NCBI GenBank assembly: GCA_964016885.1
Contig: OZ024743.1
Coordinates: 225,122,001-225,186,000 of the forward strand
DNA length: 64,000 nt
Source of the DNA: Eledone cirrhosa
Taxonomy: Eukaryota
Direction of reading: 5' to 3'
Both the position numbers and the translations under genes were made by a program. This document shows positions 1 through 16,348 of this stretch, in pieces. The stretch's first letter is position 1, and each line of letters starts with the position of its first letter. Below the pieces are notes generated by a model, which worked only from the letters and a program-made list of their open reading frames with translations, was not told where the DNA came from and did no database searches.

Positions 1-564
1 GTAGAGTTTATTATAGGAATGGTCAAAATAAAGCTATCCTCAGTTTATTTAAATAGTGTACATAGCAACGGGATTGCTTGCTTAGCTTTAGTGTTCAACT
101 TTAACTAGCTACTCTTGAACTATACAACAACCCTTAATATTGCAACAAATTTTCTGTTTGCAGTCTACTCTACTACATTTCAAATACCACAAAGAGAAAG
201 TTGAGCGTAATTTAATATCTTTACTCAAAGATACTTTATACTTCCCCATTCTTAGGCAATCCTGTGGAACAGATAAAGAACAAAAGATAAAAGTAATAAG
301 TGATCCTTAACACAATAAGAGATCTTTAACAACAATAAAAGAAGCTAACAATTGTTTAATTAATAACTGTATAGAGAAAATAAACAACCATGATGCTAGT
401 TTAACAAGCTAGATCAGCAGTTCCCAAATAATGATGCCTGACATACCAATATGCTGTTAGGTGCACCATAAAAATTAGTAAAATTGTATTTTAAATATCT
501 GAAAAATACAAGGTAAAATTCTAAATATACTCTTTATAATTATGTATTATTTATTGAATAAGAT

Positions 565-840
565 GAAGGCATGTAATTTAGTTAGGGTGTTTGGGTCCAC
601 AACTGTAAGGTTATGAGTTTGATTCTTGGTGGATTCAGCTGGAAAAAAATGAGTTGTACCTATAATGCCTTGCGACACAGTGTCATGCTCAATCTCCCTG
701 AGAACTATGCTAAAGGTGCATGTGACTGTGGAATGATCAGCCACATGCATGATCATTTATGAGCAGGCTAGCTGTTCCATCGGCTAAACAACTGTTACAC
801 TCATCACTTATTGTCAGAATCAATGGAAGTCCAATAACAA
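565..840 (+). mobile_element. Degenerate tRNA-derived SINE
   Basis: Decayed tRNA-like head (GTTAGGGTGTTTGG...GAGTTTGATTC), body CTCCCTGAGAACTATGCTAAAGGTGCATGTG and AAC-rich tail; resembles an octopus SINE consensus from memory. Confidence 0.5.
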
Positions 841-890
841 CATTAATTATATAAAAATGTAAGTACTAAATCATTTTCTATAGTCTAAAT

Positions 891-1499
891 CACAGGTTCT
901 CAACCCATTTAGGCCAAACGCCTCCTTTTGTCCCTCGAAATCACGAAACGTGATTAAGTGTGTAAGGATGTTGACATGATTTATGCTTTTTTTGGTAAGG
1001 AGAGAATTTTGACTCCAGATTTTATTACCTAGGGAGATTAAATACCACAGCTCTGACTGAAAGCTGACCAGGTTCTCAACCTCATCAAACACCAATGCCG
1101 GCCTGTGTGTATGTATGTATGTATGTATGTATGAATGTATGTATGTACGTATGCATGTGTGTGTGTGCGCGTGTATGATTGTATCACTATTGCTTCTTTT
1201 TCTTGTCGTTTGTGTTCTTTGTAACTGTTGTAAAAGTTGACGGTGTCCTTATTTTCATTTTCTTTGATTTCTTTCATTTTTCTTTTATCTCTCTAGGGAA
1301 TTTGTTGACAAGCTTCTTTTATTTATTTTCTTCGTTTTCTTCACTCAAATGCATTCACACTGCTGTCTCAGAGACATACAAATATGGCTTATAAAACTTA
1401 CCTAAGTAAATAGCCTAGCGCCCCTCAAAGCTTCAAATGTCCCCCTAACGCCCCCAAAGCTTCAAACTCCCCCCTAACGCCCCCCGTTGAGAACCTTTG
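891..1499. mobile_element. hAT-like MITE
   Basis: TIRs CACAGGTTCTCAAC (891-904) / GTTGAGAACCTTTG (1486-1499); imperfect 8-bp TSD GTCTAAAT/GCTTAAAT; subterminal CGCCCC..CAAAGCTTCAAA repeats. Confidence 0.7.
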
Positions 1500-1834
1500 G
1501 CTTAAATAATATATAGCAATTGGTATGGTCCCATATCTCCTGATAGTGTCATAGGGGCACTGTGTTAACATACAGCCTTTCTTGGGAATTTTAAAGCCTG
1601 GTGGAACTCATCCCCTCCACGTTATAGCAATTACATTGGGGAAAAGTCATTTTAGCCATTCAAAACCACATGAAAACTTAACTTCATTTTATACTTACTT
1701 ATTTCTGATTGTCCAAATTTTCATTGCACTATTTGCAACTTGGTCACTGACACAATTCCACTGTAACATGTGTATTTTTGAATAGCTAAAATGACTCTTC
1801 CATGATGCAATTGCTTTAGTTACAACACATTGTC

Positions 1835-2040
1835 TTAACCCTTTAGCATTTACATTATTCTACATATACTATTGTATTTTTGTGTTAAAGGCTTTATCTT
1901 ACATAATATCTCACATAATATCGAGTCTATGGAATTTTGATATTATTTATTTTGAAAACAATACCTTAACATCAGTATGAGCAGCCGGTTATAGCCAGTT
2001 TGAACAGAAAAAGGTGGGAGAATTCAGGCCAGATATGGCC
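1835..2040 (-). mobile_element. piggyBac-like MITE, partial
   Basis: Starts TTAA-CCCTTTAGCATT; body is the reverse complement of the copy at 5235-5450; second TIR missing. Confidence 0.65.
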
Positions 2041-2434
2041 ATAACCTATGAACAAAACACACTAAAAAAAAAAATCAAAGCCAACATTTTAAATAATTTA
2101 TTTTTAACTTAATACAAAATGTGCACAAAAATATTTGTACTTGCATTTGCTTTAAAGTGTGCTGTGGGCTAACTATTTATAGTTAGCAAACCACTGATCT
2201 TGATAAATCTGGAAATCCTCCATACACAGACCAGAACTTACACTATCACTGAGAGACAAAGGGAGATGGTTTGTTAATAAAGAATTATACTTCATAAATC
2301 ATTCTTGTTCTTTTTCTGTTCTGTTCTATTACTTGTCAGTCCATCATGTATACTATATATATATACATACATACACATAATCATAATCATCATTTTATGA
2401 CTGTTGCCCCTTAAGATATGAAAGGACATACATG

Positions 2435-2445
<11 letters not shown>

Positions 2446-2513
<68 letters not shown>
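2446..2513. repeat. (GA)n microsatellite
   Basis: Perfect AG run. Confidence 0.95.
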
Positions 2514-2516
<3 letters not shown>

Positions 2517-2563
2517 TCATTTTATACAAAAATATATGAAAAACCATATATATATAAATATAT

Positions 2564-2878
2564 GTAGGCAACACGGTAAAAACCTCCCAGCCCCACACTG
2601 TAAATGTGGTTGGTGTTAGGAAGGGCATCCAGCTGTAGAAAACCCGCCAGACAGTCCACGCTGTAATGTGGCCGTGTAGGCAACACGGTAAAAACCTCCC
2701 AGCCCCACACTGTAAATGTGGTTGGTGTTAGGAAGGGCATCCAACTGTAGAAAACCCGCCAGATAGTCCTATGCGAGCAAGACAACCACTCTTGCCTCAA
2801 GTGGGAAAACCCCCGTCCAAACCCATGCAAGCGTGGAACACGGACGCTAAACCTGATGATGATGATGATGATGATGAT
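2564..2878 (+). mobile_element. RTE LINE 3' UTR fragment with ~110-bp tandem duplication
   Basis: Matches 3' UTR at 18945-19137; GTAGGCAACACGGTAAAAACCTCCCAG block duplicated; (GAT)n tail. Confidence 0.85.
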
Positions 2879-3234
2879 ATGCACATGTGTGTATGTATGT
2901 ACATAAACACAGACACACATGCATTTATAACATCAATATTCAACAGGAGTCAGATTATGGAATCAATTATTGAATTAATCAACAATAGCAATGAGTAAAC
3001 GATATTATTTAGTCAATTAATAATAATAATGTGTATGTACTATGGTATAATGTTACAATGTTAGTCAATTATTTGTGAGAGGAAACATATCACTGAATAG
3101 ACCTTATTCTTAATTAAAACTGAATGCATATTCCAGTCTTTAGAGATATAATTATTGTTTCTTGCTTTGATCAGTTGAGCTATTGACATTATCACTGACC
3201 TCTCACCATCAGCCTCATTATTATCACATCCCAT

Positions 3235-3421
3235 GGCGGTGACTTGGCAGTATCGGTAGAGGGTCGGACGCCATGCTTTGCAGCATAGAGTTACGGCCCT
3301 TTAGGGTCTGAGTTCAAATTCCACCAAGGTTAACTTTGCCTTTCATCCTTACAGGGTCGATAAAATAAAGTACCAGTAATGCAATGGGGTAGTTGCTGGC
3401 CTTGTGCCAAAAGTAGAAATA
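3235..3421 (+). mobile_element. tRNA-derived SINE (family B)
   Basis: A box TGGCAGTATCGG, B box GAGTTCAAATT; 19-bp TSD ATTATTATCACATCCCATG (3217-3235) / ATTATTATCATATTCCATG (3422-3440); homologous to 6794 and 57145 copies. Confidence 0.85.
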
Positions 3422-3439
3422 ATTATTATCATATTCCAT

Positions 3440-3764
3440 GCTGGCATGGTTTGGATGAGTTGCCCCCATCTGAGACTGGGTTGGAGAACAACATCTTGCT
3501 CAAACAGACCATATTTAGCATGCTTTCTATGGCTGGATACCCTTCCTAATGTCAACCATTCTGCAGAGTGCACTAGGTGCATCTTTTGTGGCACCAGTGC
3601 TATCACTTTGCAGAGTGTATTAGGTGCATTTTATCATAGCACCAAAAACTACTTTTTTACAGTGTGTATGAAGTGTATTTTACTGTAGCACCAGCACTAC
3701 CATTTTACAGAGTGAATGAAGTGTATTTTACTGTAGCACCAGCACTACCATTTTACAGTGTGTA
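3440..3764 (-). mobile_element. Degenerate RTE 3' UTR remnant
   Basis: GGCTGGATACCCTTCCTAA motif and GCACCAGCACTAC repeats as in other RTE tails. Confidence 0.6.
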
Positions 3765-4032
3765 CTGAGAAAAACAGAAAAAGTGAAAGGGACTGAATAG
3801 TAATTTAAATATGTAAATCAATGTTTTTAATAGCTTACTTAGGGTTGTTTCCCTGACCTTCATAACCCTCCCTGATTGGCAAGATTAGTGTTTTGGTTGA
3901 ACAACTGTTGATGTTTATAGGAAAAGCAATCACAGGAAATGAATTCCAGAATACTGACATTCTAGGAAGGTCTGAGACTTTCAGGTTTAGTGAGCGGATT
4001 GAAATGAGAAACACAGGTGCTGGTGTAGTTAT

Positions 4033-4460
4033 AATGGTTTCTGATTTAGGTACAAGGCCAAATATTTTTGGGGAAGGGGCAAGTCGATTAAATTGACCCC
4101 AGTGCATTACTAGTACATTATTGTATCAATAATTAATAAGGATTAAAGGCAAAACTAACCTGAGCAGGATTTGAACTCAGAACATAAAGGACCATAACTC
4201 GATGTTGCAAAGGATGGTGCCCAATGCTCGACCAATAACGTAGTGTAGTAATAATGGTATGTAATATAGGCACAAGGCCAGGAATTTGGTAGAGAGGAGT
4301 ATGTCAATTAATCAGTTCCAGTACTTGACTGGTACTTTTTTATCAACACTCAGAGAATGAAAGACAAAGTTGATTTCGGTGAGATATGGACCAAAAACAT
4401 TAAGAGCTGTAAGTAAATGCTACAAAGCACTACTTTAATGATTCTGTAAATCTAACACTC
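4033..4460 (-). mobile_element. Two adjacent degenerate tRNA-derived SINEs
   Basis: AGGTACAAGGCCA...AAAGGCAAAACTAACC...GATTTGAACTCAG (4033-4235) and a second related copy (4252-4460). Confidence 0.65.
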
Positions 4461-5184
4461 TAACAGATGAAAACATAATGAGAAATAGTTGTATTATGTG
4501 AGCTTGGGTAAAAATGGTATGCAGCTAACTAGCTTTGAGGAGCAGAGACCTTTATAGTAGCAGTAGAAAAGGCAGAGTAAAGAAACAATACATCTATGAG
4601 TTAGAGGTAGGAATACCTTTTGTCAAACACTATGTGAAGAGGACTGAATGATATTCAACGTTTCTTGAGTACTTTTATCAGCCAGCACACAAACATACAC
4701 ACAAACAAACACACACATATACATACACATAAAAACACATGCCCTTTATTCAGCAGCACTTGTAACACACAAATATGAGAAATAAATAGACAGATAGAAG
4801 TGAAATTAAGAATGCTGACTGATAGCCAATAAATATGTTGTTTCTAACAGATCCACAGCCGGTGGATAAAATGACGAATTTATTTCTGAATGTCATTGTC
4901 AAAATCTGACAGATAATTAAGCAACAGCCAATGATATATTATTATAATGGATAATGAGATGTTGATGAAATAAAACTAAAGTTTTTGATTGACACAAATT
5001 ATATTAGATAGCGACAGAAGAAAGTAAATGAAATATGTGTGTAGCAAATAGAAAGACTGAAGAGTAGGGAAAATAAGACACCATGTTGAATGGTGAGAAA
5101 AGACACCTATGAGATAAGTAAAGTAATTTTGTTATGTTTGTAGGTGTCAAAATCAAAGAATTAAATCTACATGAATAGCTATTA

Positions 5185-5712
5185 TTCTTTTATTGAATTC
5201 AGTCATGAGACTATGGCCATGCTGGGGAATCACTTTAACCCTTTAGCATTTAAACCAGCCGTATCCAGCCAGAATTCTCTCACCTCTTTCTGTTCAAACT
5301 GACTGTAACCGTCCACTCATACTGACGTTAAAGTATTGTTCTCAAAATAAATAATATCAAAATCTCATAGATTCAATATTATGTGAGATAAAGCCTTTAC
5401 CATGAAAATATAATAGTAAATATAGAGTTATGTGAATGTTATAGGGTTAAAGGTATTATTTAGTCGATTATAACAACCCTAGTACTTATTTTCTCAACAT
5501 CTTTTTTTTTAGTGAACTACCAAGTTGCAGGACATACACACAAACACATATATGATGGGCTTCTGCAGTTTTCATCTACCAAATTTCATTCATAAGGCAT
5601 TGATCAACCTTATCGAAACAAACACTGGCCCATAGGACCATTCATTGGGATTGAACCCAAAATCACATGATTTTGAATCAAACTCTCTAAACATGCAGCC
5701 ATTCCTACACCT
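5185..5712 (-). mobile_element. Degenerate tRNA-derived SINE (octopus OR-like) interrupted by a MITE
   Basis: CAGTCATGAGACTATGGCCATGCTGGGG tail and GGGATTGAACCC B-box complement at ~5647. Confidence 0.65.
5235..5450 (+). mobile_element. piggyBac-like MITE
   Basis: TTAA-CCCTTTAGCATT...AATGTTATAGGG-TTAA: TIRs with TTAA TSD. Confidence 0.8.
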
Positions 5713-6111
5713 GTTAGTAAATAATATCAACATCTAAACCTCTAAGTTCTCATTATAAGCAGACTCATGTTGCTGAAAACCTTGTCTTTGAATTTTCTTT
5801 CTATAATTTTCTGAGGAGAGGCCGTATGCATGTGCGCACAGCAAGCTGTAGACATAGCGGCAGTCACTTCCCCCGAACAGGAGAGGCTCTGAAATCACAT
5901 CACTATCCTTGATAAGGCGGGACATCCAGCCCAAACCCTAACCACCCCTAAATGGTTTCTGTAATTTTAGTTAGAACAATATGATAACTTTAACTCTTAA
6001 CATAATGTTCTGAATGAAACCAAAATTACCAAGACATTCTTGAAAAGTAGAAAACAGTACTATGATTGCACCACATTAAAAATTGACGTGCTTACTCTAA
6101 TACTACAAAAA

Positions 6112-6205
6112 TACAGGGTGTGCTCCAAAAATGTATACACCATTGTAAGAAATACTGCCTGTACAGGTAATCAAAGTGTGTATACATTTTTGGGGACACC
6201 CTGTA
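6112..6205. mobile_element. Tc1/mariner-type MITE (~90 bp)
   Basis: TA-CAGGGTGTGCTCCAAAAATGTATACAC...GTGTATACATTTTTGGGGACACCCTG-TA. Confidence 0.85.
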
Positions 6206-6289
6206 TATCCAATACTAACGATACTATAAACATTGCAATTAACAAATATGTTTTAGATATTTTCTGCTAAATCATTACAAGATGTTAAT

Positions 6290-6545
6290 CATTATCATCT
6301 TTATTTTATGTCCATTTACCAAGATGCCATGGATTGGATAGGTAATCAAATTCTGAGACTAGACTGATCAAATGACCATGCCTTGCCCAAACATTTCATT
6401 TTGGCATGGTTTCTTTGGCTAGAAACCCTTCTAACATCAACTGCATTACTGAGTGTAATGTGTGTATTTTATCATGACACTAGCACAACCAGTTTACAAA
6501 GTGCATTGGGTACATTTTATTGAGGCACCAGCACTACTACTTTCC
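6290..6545 (-). mobile_element. Old RTE 3' UTR remnant
   Basis: ATCATC tail, GGCTAGAAACCCTTCTAACATCAAC and GGCACCAGCACTAC motifs. Confidence 0.5.
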
Positions 6546-6767
6546 ATTTTAGATAACTTCTGTTAAATTATTCATTGTAAGAGTTTAAAAACACAAGACT
6601 GGTTTTATTCAACCAAAATTTGGAGAAGATATTACAAATAAGAATTGTTAAAAATTTTGATCCAGCAAAAATGTTTGTTTACAGAATTGATAGTCAGGTA
6701 ACTAAACTAATTTAACAGAATTATGAATTTTGAGATGCTTAATAAAAACATTATATATTTAAATAAG

Positions 6768-6980
6768 ATGGTGGATTGGCAGTATCCAAATAGGGTGGTG
6801 GATTGGCAGTATCGGTAGAGGGTAGGACACCATGCTTTGATGCATAGAGTTACGGCCCTTGCCATTCTGAGTTCAAATCCCGCCGAGGTTAACTTTGCCT
6901 TTCATCCTTACGGGGTTGATAAAATAAAGTACCAGTAATGTACTGGGTAATTGCTGGCCTTGTGCCTAAAGTAGAAACAA
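6768..6980 (+). mobile_element. tRNA-derived SINE (family B) with duplicated head
   Basis: A/B boxes; 16-bp TSD TTATATATT[T/C]AAATAA at 6751-6766 and 6981-6996; head fragment repeated at 6768-6786. Confidence 0.85.
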
Positions 6981-7045
6981 TTATATATTCAAATAACAAA
7001 CATAATTCTTTGCACTCACTTTATAACTTTATATGCCTGTCTGTC

Positions 7046-7082
<37 letters not shown>

Positions 7083-8604
7083 CAAGGAGATAACAGAGGT
7101 AGAAAAAGTCTTATTAGTTTCATACTTTATATTGGAAAGAGGAAATAAAGTTTGACGTGTCAGGTTTAAACACTTTTTCAGGAGTACAAAATAGAGACAG
7201 AATCACAATGGAAAAACAGAAAAAAGGTCCAGTAAAGAAAAAAAAAAAACTTCGAAAACGAAACGTTAACAAGACTGTTATTACTCCAACCAGTCTATTT
7301 ACTTTCAATAACTACCCTAAATATACATACACCTATACTATACATATATATACTATATATACATATAGAACAAACCCAAGCAATCATCGAATTCCCTCTG
7401 TGTAAACAATGCACTTGGAAGCCAACAATAAACAAAGCATCTAGTGGACAAGACCTTCAGATTCCAAACTCATGAAAATTACATTCATAAAAACTGAGCC
7501 AATCATGATTAAATGTCCATATTAGAGCTAAGACATCTCCCCAAATCCCTACCTCAGACATCATCCATATATACCAACCCTTAACCTGCCCTAAAAAGAG
7601 ACTGGTGGGGACGGACTATTTCAAGCTGCAGTCGTCAAATTACGCAGTTTCTGTATAAGAATAGACATTGAATATCCATTATAAAAAGGAAGTTTGTTTG
7701 TACATTAACTGCTAATAACAATAAATAATTGATAATAATTAAGGTTTTTCGTGTCTTCATCTAATCCTATGTACAACAAATTCGCTTACAACTTGTTTTC
7801 TGAAAACAGAATGGGGGAAGTGAGTTGGGGGAGATTTACTGCTCTTTCTAGTATGTAATATTGTCAGTCTGTCTGTCATCTATCTATACACTTACAAAAA
7901 GGAAATTTGTTTGTATATTGACTGCTAATAACACTAAATAATATTGGTAATAATTAAGGTTAGACATGTGTTTTCAACTAATATGAGCTCAGACATCCTT
8001 GGAATCGATTTTTTCCTCTGAAAATGGAATGGGAGTGACCCTCGGATTTTCCCACCCTCGGAGATTTCTTCTGTGGTAATTTTTTTCTTTTCTAGCTGCT
8101 TTTCCTTTGTTTTCGAACAATCTGACAGCTGAATCACTCACCAATAATTCGTTTTTTCGAAAACAGAGGAAGACCCCCAGAGTTACAGATAAGCACTTCT
8201 CAGCCATTTAAATTTATAGAAAAGCACCTGCTGGGGCCATGAAGAAATTTTTGCCCTAGGTATTTTCATGTGCTTTTAACTAATCAGACCTCCAACATGC
8301 TTGCAATTGCCTTCTTTTCATAAAACTGAAGGTCCCAATCTTGGAGATTTCTCTGTGCGAGTAACAGAGGCAGGAAAGGAGGGGCAACCTCAGAGTTACA
8401 GATAAGCAACTCACAGCTGTTTAAATTTATAAAAAAGCAATGCCTTGATACTGAAGGATGGTTTGATCCCTCATCATTTTGTACTGTTGTAGAAAGTATT
8501 GTAAACTTAATTAATTAAGTGTTCCCCAATTTCCAAATCCACCATTCCAATGAGGAGTGGCAGTGTGAAAGAGCAATCCTTACCCTCTATATGTATATAT
8601 AGTA

Positions 8605-9510
8605 ATATACATAAACAGCAAAGCATAAATGAAATGAGAGAGAAGCTGGGCATAAGAGGGATCAGATGCAGTGTGCAGGAGAAGAGAATGCATTGGTATG
8701 GACATATGATGGGTATGAAGGAAGACAGCTGTATAAAAAGGTGCTGGCGCTCAAAGGACATGGCAGCTAAAATGCAGGAAGAACTAGAAAGAGTTAGGAT
8801 GAGGTGAAAAAAATCTGACCTTGCACAGTAGCACTCCCTGAAGGGGTGATGACACAGGATTGAGATCTCTGGCATTACGCAGTAATATAGAAGACCAGCC
8901 TTCCCATGTACAGAAGTTGAAACATACATCTTCTTTGCACCACCTTCCCATCCAACTTCTATACACATGCATATCCTAAAACCCAACCTTCATTTACATC
9001 ACTCCTTCCACTCTTGCAACTGCCATGTCCTAACACTGCACTCTTCATCCACATCCTTATACCCAAACCCTTCTCCAGATAAGTGCCACATCCTAGATCT
9101 ACATCACCAATCGCCATCTACTTTCCCCAACTCAGCCTACAGACAACACTGTAAAGTGATCATTTTGGTGCCATGACAAAAAAGGGGCCCAGTTCACATA
9201 ATAAAGTGGTTGTGTAAGTGTCATGACAAAAAGGACCCTGTCCACACTGTAAAGTGTGGTCATGTAGGTGTCACAACATAAAGCAGCCAGTCCATACTGC
9301 AAAGTGGTTAAGTAGGTGTCACAACAAAACGCGCCCAGTCCAAACTGTAAATATTGGCGTGAGGAAGGGCATTCAGCCATAGATACCCAGCCAGAAACAG
9401 TTCTATGAGAGCAACTGACAGTCATTTAATCTGGCTTGTCTCATAGCGGGACAACTTGTCTAACCCATTCTAGCATGGAAAAATGGACATGAAACGGTGC
9501 CAATGTTGAT
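8605..9510 (+). mobile_element. Old RTE LINE 3' fragment
   Basis: QSINEMREKLGIRGIRCSVQEKRMHWYGHMM matches RTE ORF C-terminus; followed by RTE-type 3' UTR. Confidence 0.85.
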
Positions 9511-9732
9511 GATATATGATATATATATACACACACACACACATATATATATATACATATGTATACATATATATATATACACACACATATATATATATGT
9601 ATACATATATATATATATACATATGTATACATATATATATATACACACACATATATATATATATATGTATACATATATATATATACACACACATATATAT
9701 ATGTATATATATATATATATATATACACACAC

Positions 9733-9763
<31 letters not shown>

Positions 9764-9772
9764 TACACACAC

Positions 9773-9803
<31 letters not shown>

Positions 9804-10330
9804 TATATCTACACACACACACACACATATATACACACACATATATATATATGTATATATATATATACACACACACATATATACACACACATATATATGT
9901 ATACATATATATATATATACACAAACACACATATATATGTATACATATATATATATACACACACACACACACATATATATATATATGTATACATATATAT
10001 ATACACACACACACACATACATATATATATATGTATACATATATATATACACACACATACATATATATATATGTATACATATATACACACACACATACAT
10101 ACATATATATATATGTATACATATATATATACACACACATATATATGTATACATATATATATATATATACACACACACATATACATATATATATATATGT
10201 ATACATATATATATACACACACACATACATACATATATATATATATATACACACACACACATACATACATACATACATACATATATATGTTTACACACAC
10301 ACATATATATATATATATACATACACATAT
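9511..10330. repeat. Compound (TA)/(CA) microsatellite
   Basis: TATACACACACATATATATGTATACA variants. Confidence 0.95.
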
Positions 10331-10612
10331 ATCATCATCATCATCATCATTTTACGTCCACTTTTCCCTGCTTGCAAGGGTGGGACAGGAACTGATTCTG
10401 GCTTGATTTCTACAGCTGGATGCCCTTCCTAACACCAACCTCATTTACAGTGAGTGCTGGGTGCTTTTTTGCTGTGGCACCTCAACGACCACTTTACAGT
10501 GGAATGATAGGGACTCCAGTCCCTATCATCTCATTTCTACAGCTGAGTAAACTGAAGCAATGTGAAATAAAGTGTCTTGCTCAAGGAAACAACACATCAC
10601 CCGGTCTGAGAA
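10331..10612 (-). mobile_element. CORE-type SINE with RTE tail (family A), head truncated
   Basis: Reverse complement of 19452-19732; (CAT)n tail. Confidence 0.9.
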
Positions 10613-14181
<3,569 letters not shown>

Positions 14182-15945
14182 ATCATCATCATCATCATCA
14201 TCACCGTTTTACGTCCGTTCTTCCACGCTAGCATGGGTTAGACGGGTTGTCCTGTTGTGGGCAGTGTCTGGTCGGCTGACCATGCCTTGCTCATACAGGA
14301 ACTGATCTGGCTTGATTTCTACAGCTGGATGCCCTTCCTAACACCAACCTCATTTACAGTGAGTGCTGGGTGCTTTTTCGTGGCGCCTACACGTCCACTT
14401 TACAGTGTGGGCTGGGTGCTTTTTTGCCGTGGCACCTCCACGACCACCTTGCGGTGGGGGGGGTGGGGGGGGGGGCATATTGTTTATATGCTTCAGCATG
14501 TACCCATGGGAGGTCGGGTACCCTGTATTACTGCGTGACGCCAGAAGTCACGGTCGTGTGTCATTGACTTTGAGAGGTGTAGTTGGGTAAGGTCGGCTTT
14601 TATCACCTCATCCCAAGTCATCTTGGGTCTCCCCACTCCGCGGTTTCCATCAACTTCTAGTGCTCTGCACCTTTTTATGCAGCTGTCATCCTTCATACGC
14701 ATCACATGTCCATACCAGCGTAACCGCCTCTCCTGCACGCAGCATTTGATTCCTCTTATGCTCAGTCTCTCTCTCAATTCATTTATGCTTTGTCGTTCAC
14801 GTATATTACTGTTACACATCCATCGGAGCATGCAGGCTTCGTTTCTCTCTAATCTACGTAAGTCTTCCACCTTCAGCGCCCAGGTCTCACTACCATGCAA
14901 CATCGCTGTTCGGATACACGCATCATACAGTCTGCCTTTCATTCTGAGGGAGAAGCCTTTTGCAGCTAGCAGTGGTAGTAGTTCCCTAAACTTCTTCCAT
15001 CCCGTTCTTACCCTAGTTATTGTACTTTCTGAGCACCCACCTCCGTTGCTAATTCGGTCACCTAGGTAGCAGAAGCTGTCTACTGTTTCTACAGGGCCCT
15101 CCCAGAGATTGGTGGTACTTGTTTCCTGTGGCTGTTTGCTTGCTGTTTCAGCACAGCTGCTGCATGTGAATCCTACATTCTTAATTAAGCTTCCTGAGAT
15201 CCCGCTACATCTCTTGTGTACCCATTGTTTGCATTTGGGGCAAAGAATGGAGTTCCTACCTACACCTTTCCTACATACTGAGCAAGGCCATTTCCCTGAG
15301 GGGATCTGGGTTCTGTTTTCTCGTCTACTTATAAGGACCTTAGTCTTTGTCATGTTGACTTTGAGGCCCTTTCTCTCTAGTCCCTGCTTCCAGGTTTGGA
15401 ATTTATTCTCTAGTTCTACCATAGATTCAGCTATGAGTGCGAGGTCATCAGCATACAGGAGTTCCCATGGGCATCCGGTCTTAAACTCCTCCGTTATTGC
15501 CTGCAGGACTATGATGAACAGGAGAGGGCTAAGAACAGAGCCCTGGTGGACCCCAACCTGTACGCTAAATTCCTCGCTATACTCATTGCCAATCCTAACT
15601 TTGCTGACTGCTCCCCTATACATGGCTTGTACCGCTTTCACAAGCCATTCATCTACTCCTAGTTTTCTAAGAGCCCACCAGATTACTGCACGTGGAACTC
15701 TGTCAAAGGCTTTCTCAAGGTCGACAAATGCCAAGTAGAGTGGCTTACTTTTAGCTAGGTACTTTTCCTGTAATTGCCTCACAAGGAAGAGCGCATCAGT
15801 GGTGCCTTTCCCTGGTACAAACCCAAATTGCATCTCGTCTATATTCACCCGGTCCCTAATCAGCTGTGCTATAACTCTTTCTGTTACTTTCATGACCTGG
15901 TCCATCACTTTATACCTCTATAGTTTCCTCTATCTAGTGCATCGC
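14182..15945 (-). mobile_element. RTE LINE, 5'-truncated (subfamily 1)
   Basis: RT ORF, 3' UTR and (GAT)n tail; both ends embedded in TA arrays. Confidence 0.93.
14493..15908 (-). CDS. RTE reverse transcriptase, open 471-aa C-terminal part with PHD-like finger
   Basis: [37 protein letters not shown] motifs; 5' part lost. Confidence 0.85.
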   Translation of the reverse strand: MMDQVMKVTERVIAQLIRDRVNIDEMQFGFVPGKGTTDALFLVRQLQEKYLAKSKPLYLAFVDLEKAFDRVPRAVIWWALRKLGVDEWLVKAVQAMYRGAVSKVRIGNEYSEEFSVQVGVHQGSVLSPLLFIIVLQAITEEFKTGCPWELLYADDLALIAESMVELENKFQTWKQGLERKGLKVNMTKTKVLISRRENRTQIPSGKWPCSVCRKGVGRNSILCPKCKQWVHKRCSGISGSLIKNVGFTCSSCAETASKQPQETSTTNLWEGPVETVDSFCYLGDRISNGGGCSESTITRVRTGWKKFRELLPLLAAKGFSLRMKGRLYDACIRTAMLHGSETWALKVEDLRRLERNEACMLRWMCNSNIRERQSINELRERLSIRGIKCCVQERRLRWYGHVMRMKDDSCIKRCRALEVDGNRGVGRPKMTWDEVIKADLTQLHLSKSMTHDRDFWRHAVIQGTRPPMGTC

Positions 15946-16047
15946 ATATATACATATATATATATATATACATATATATATACATATATATATATACATA
16001 TATATATACACATATATATATATATATATATATACATATATATATAC

Positions 16048-16078
<31 letters not shown>

Positions 16079-16121
16079 CATATATATATACATATATACA
16101 TATATATATACATATATACAT

Positions 16122-16153
<32 letters not shown>

Positions 16154-16192
16154 CATATATATACATATATATATATACATATATATATATAC

Positions 16193-16223
<31 letters not shown>

Positions 16224-16258
16224 CATATATATATACATATATATACATATATATATAC

Positions 16259-16293
<35 letters not shown>

Positions 16294-16294
16294 C

Positions 16295-16347
<53 letters not shown>

Positions 16348-16348
16348 C
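15946..16348. repeat. (TA)n/TACA array
   Basis: Direct observation. Confidence 0.95.

Noticed and set aside
150-212. Plus-strand micro-exon after TTTCTGTTTGCAG
   Set aside because: Weak donor, unrecognised peptide; such motifs are common in AT-rich DNA
5930-5952. Interstitial telomere (CCCTAA-like units)
   Set aside because: Only about three degenerate units
7145-7185. Hammerhead on the minus strand (CTGAAAA...GACACGTC)
   Set aside because: Both conserved core segments are mutated
7681-8440. Two pairs of short direct repeats (~7684/7897 and ~8179/8391)
   Set aside because: Real but unclassifiable from sequence alone; likely old TE or local duplication remnants
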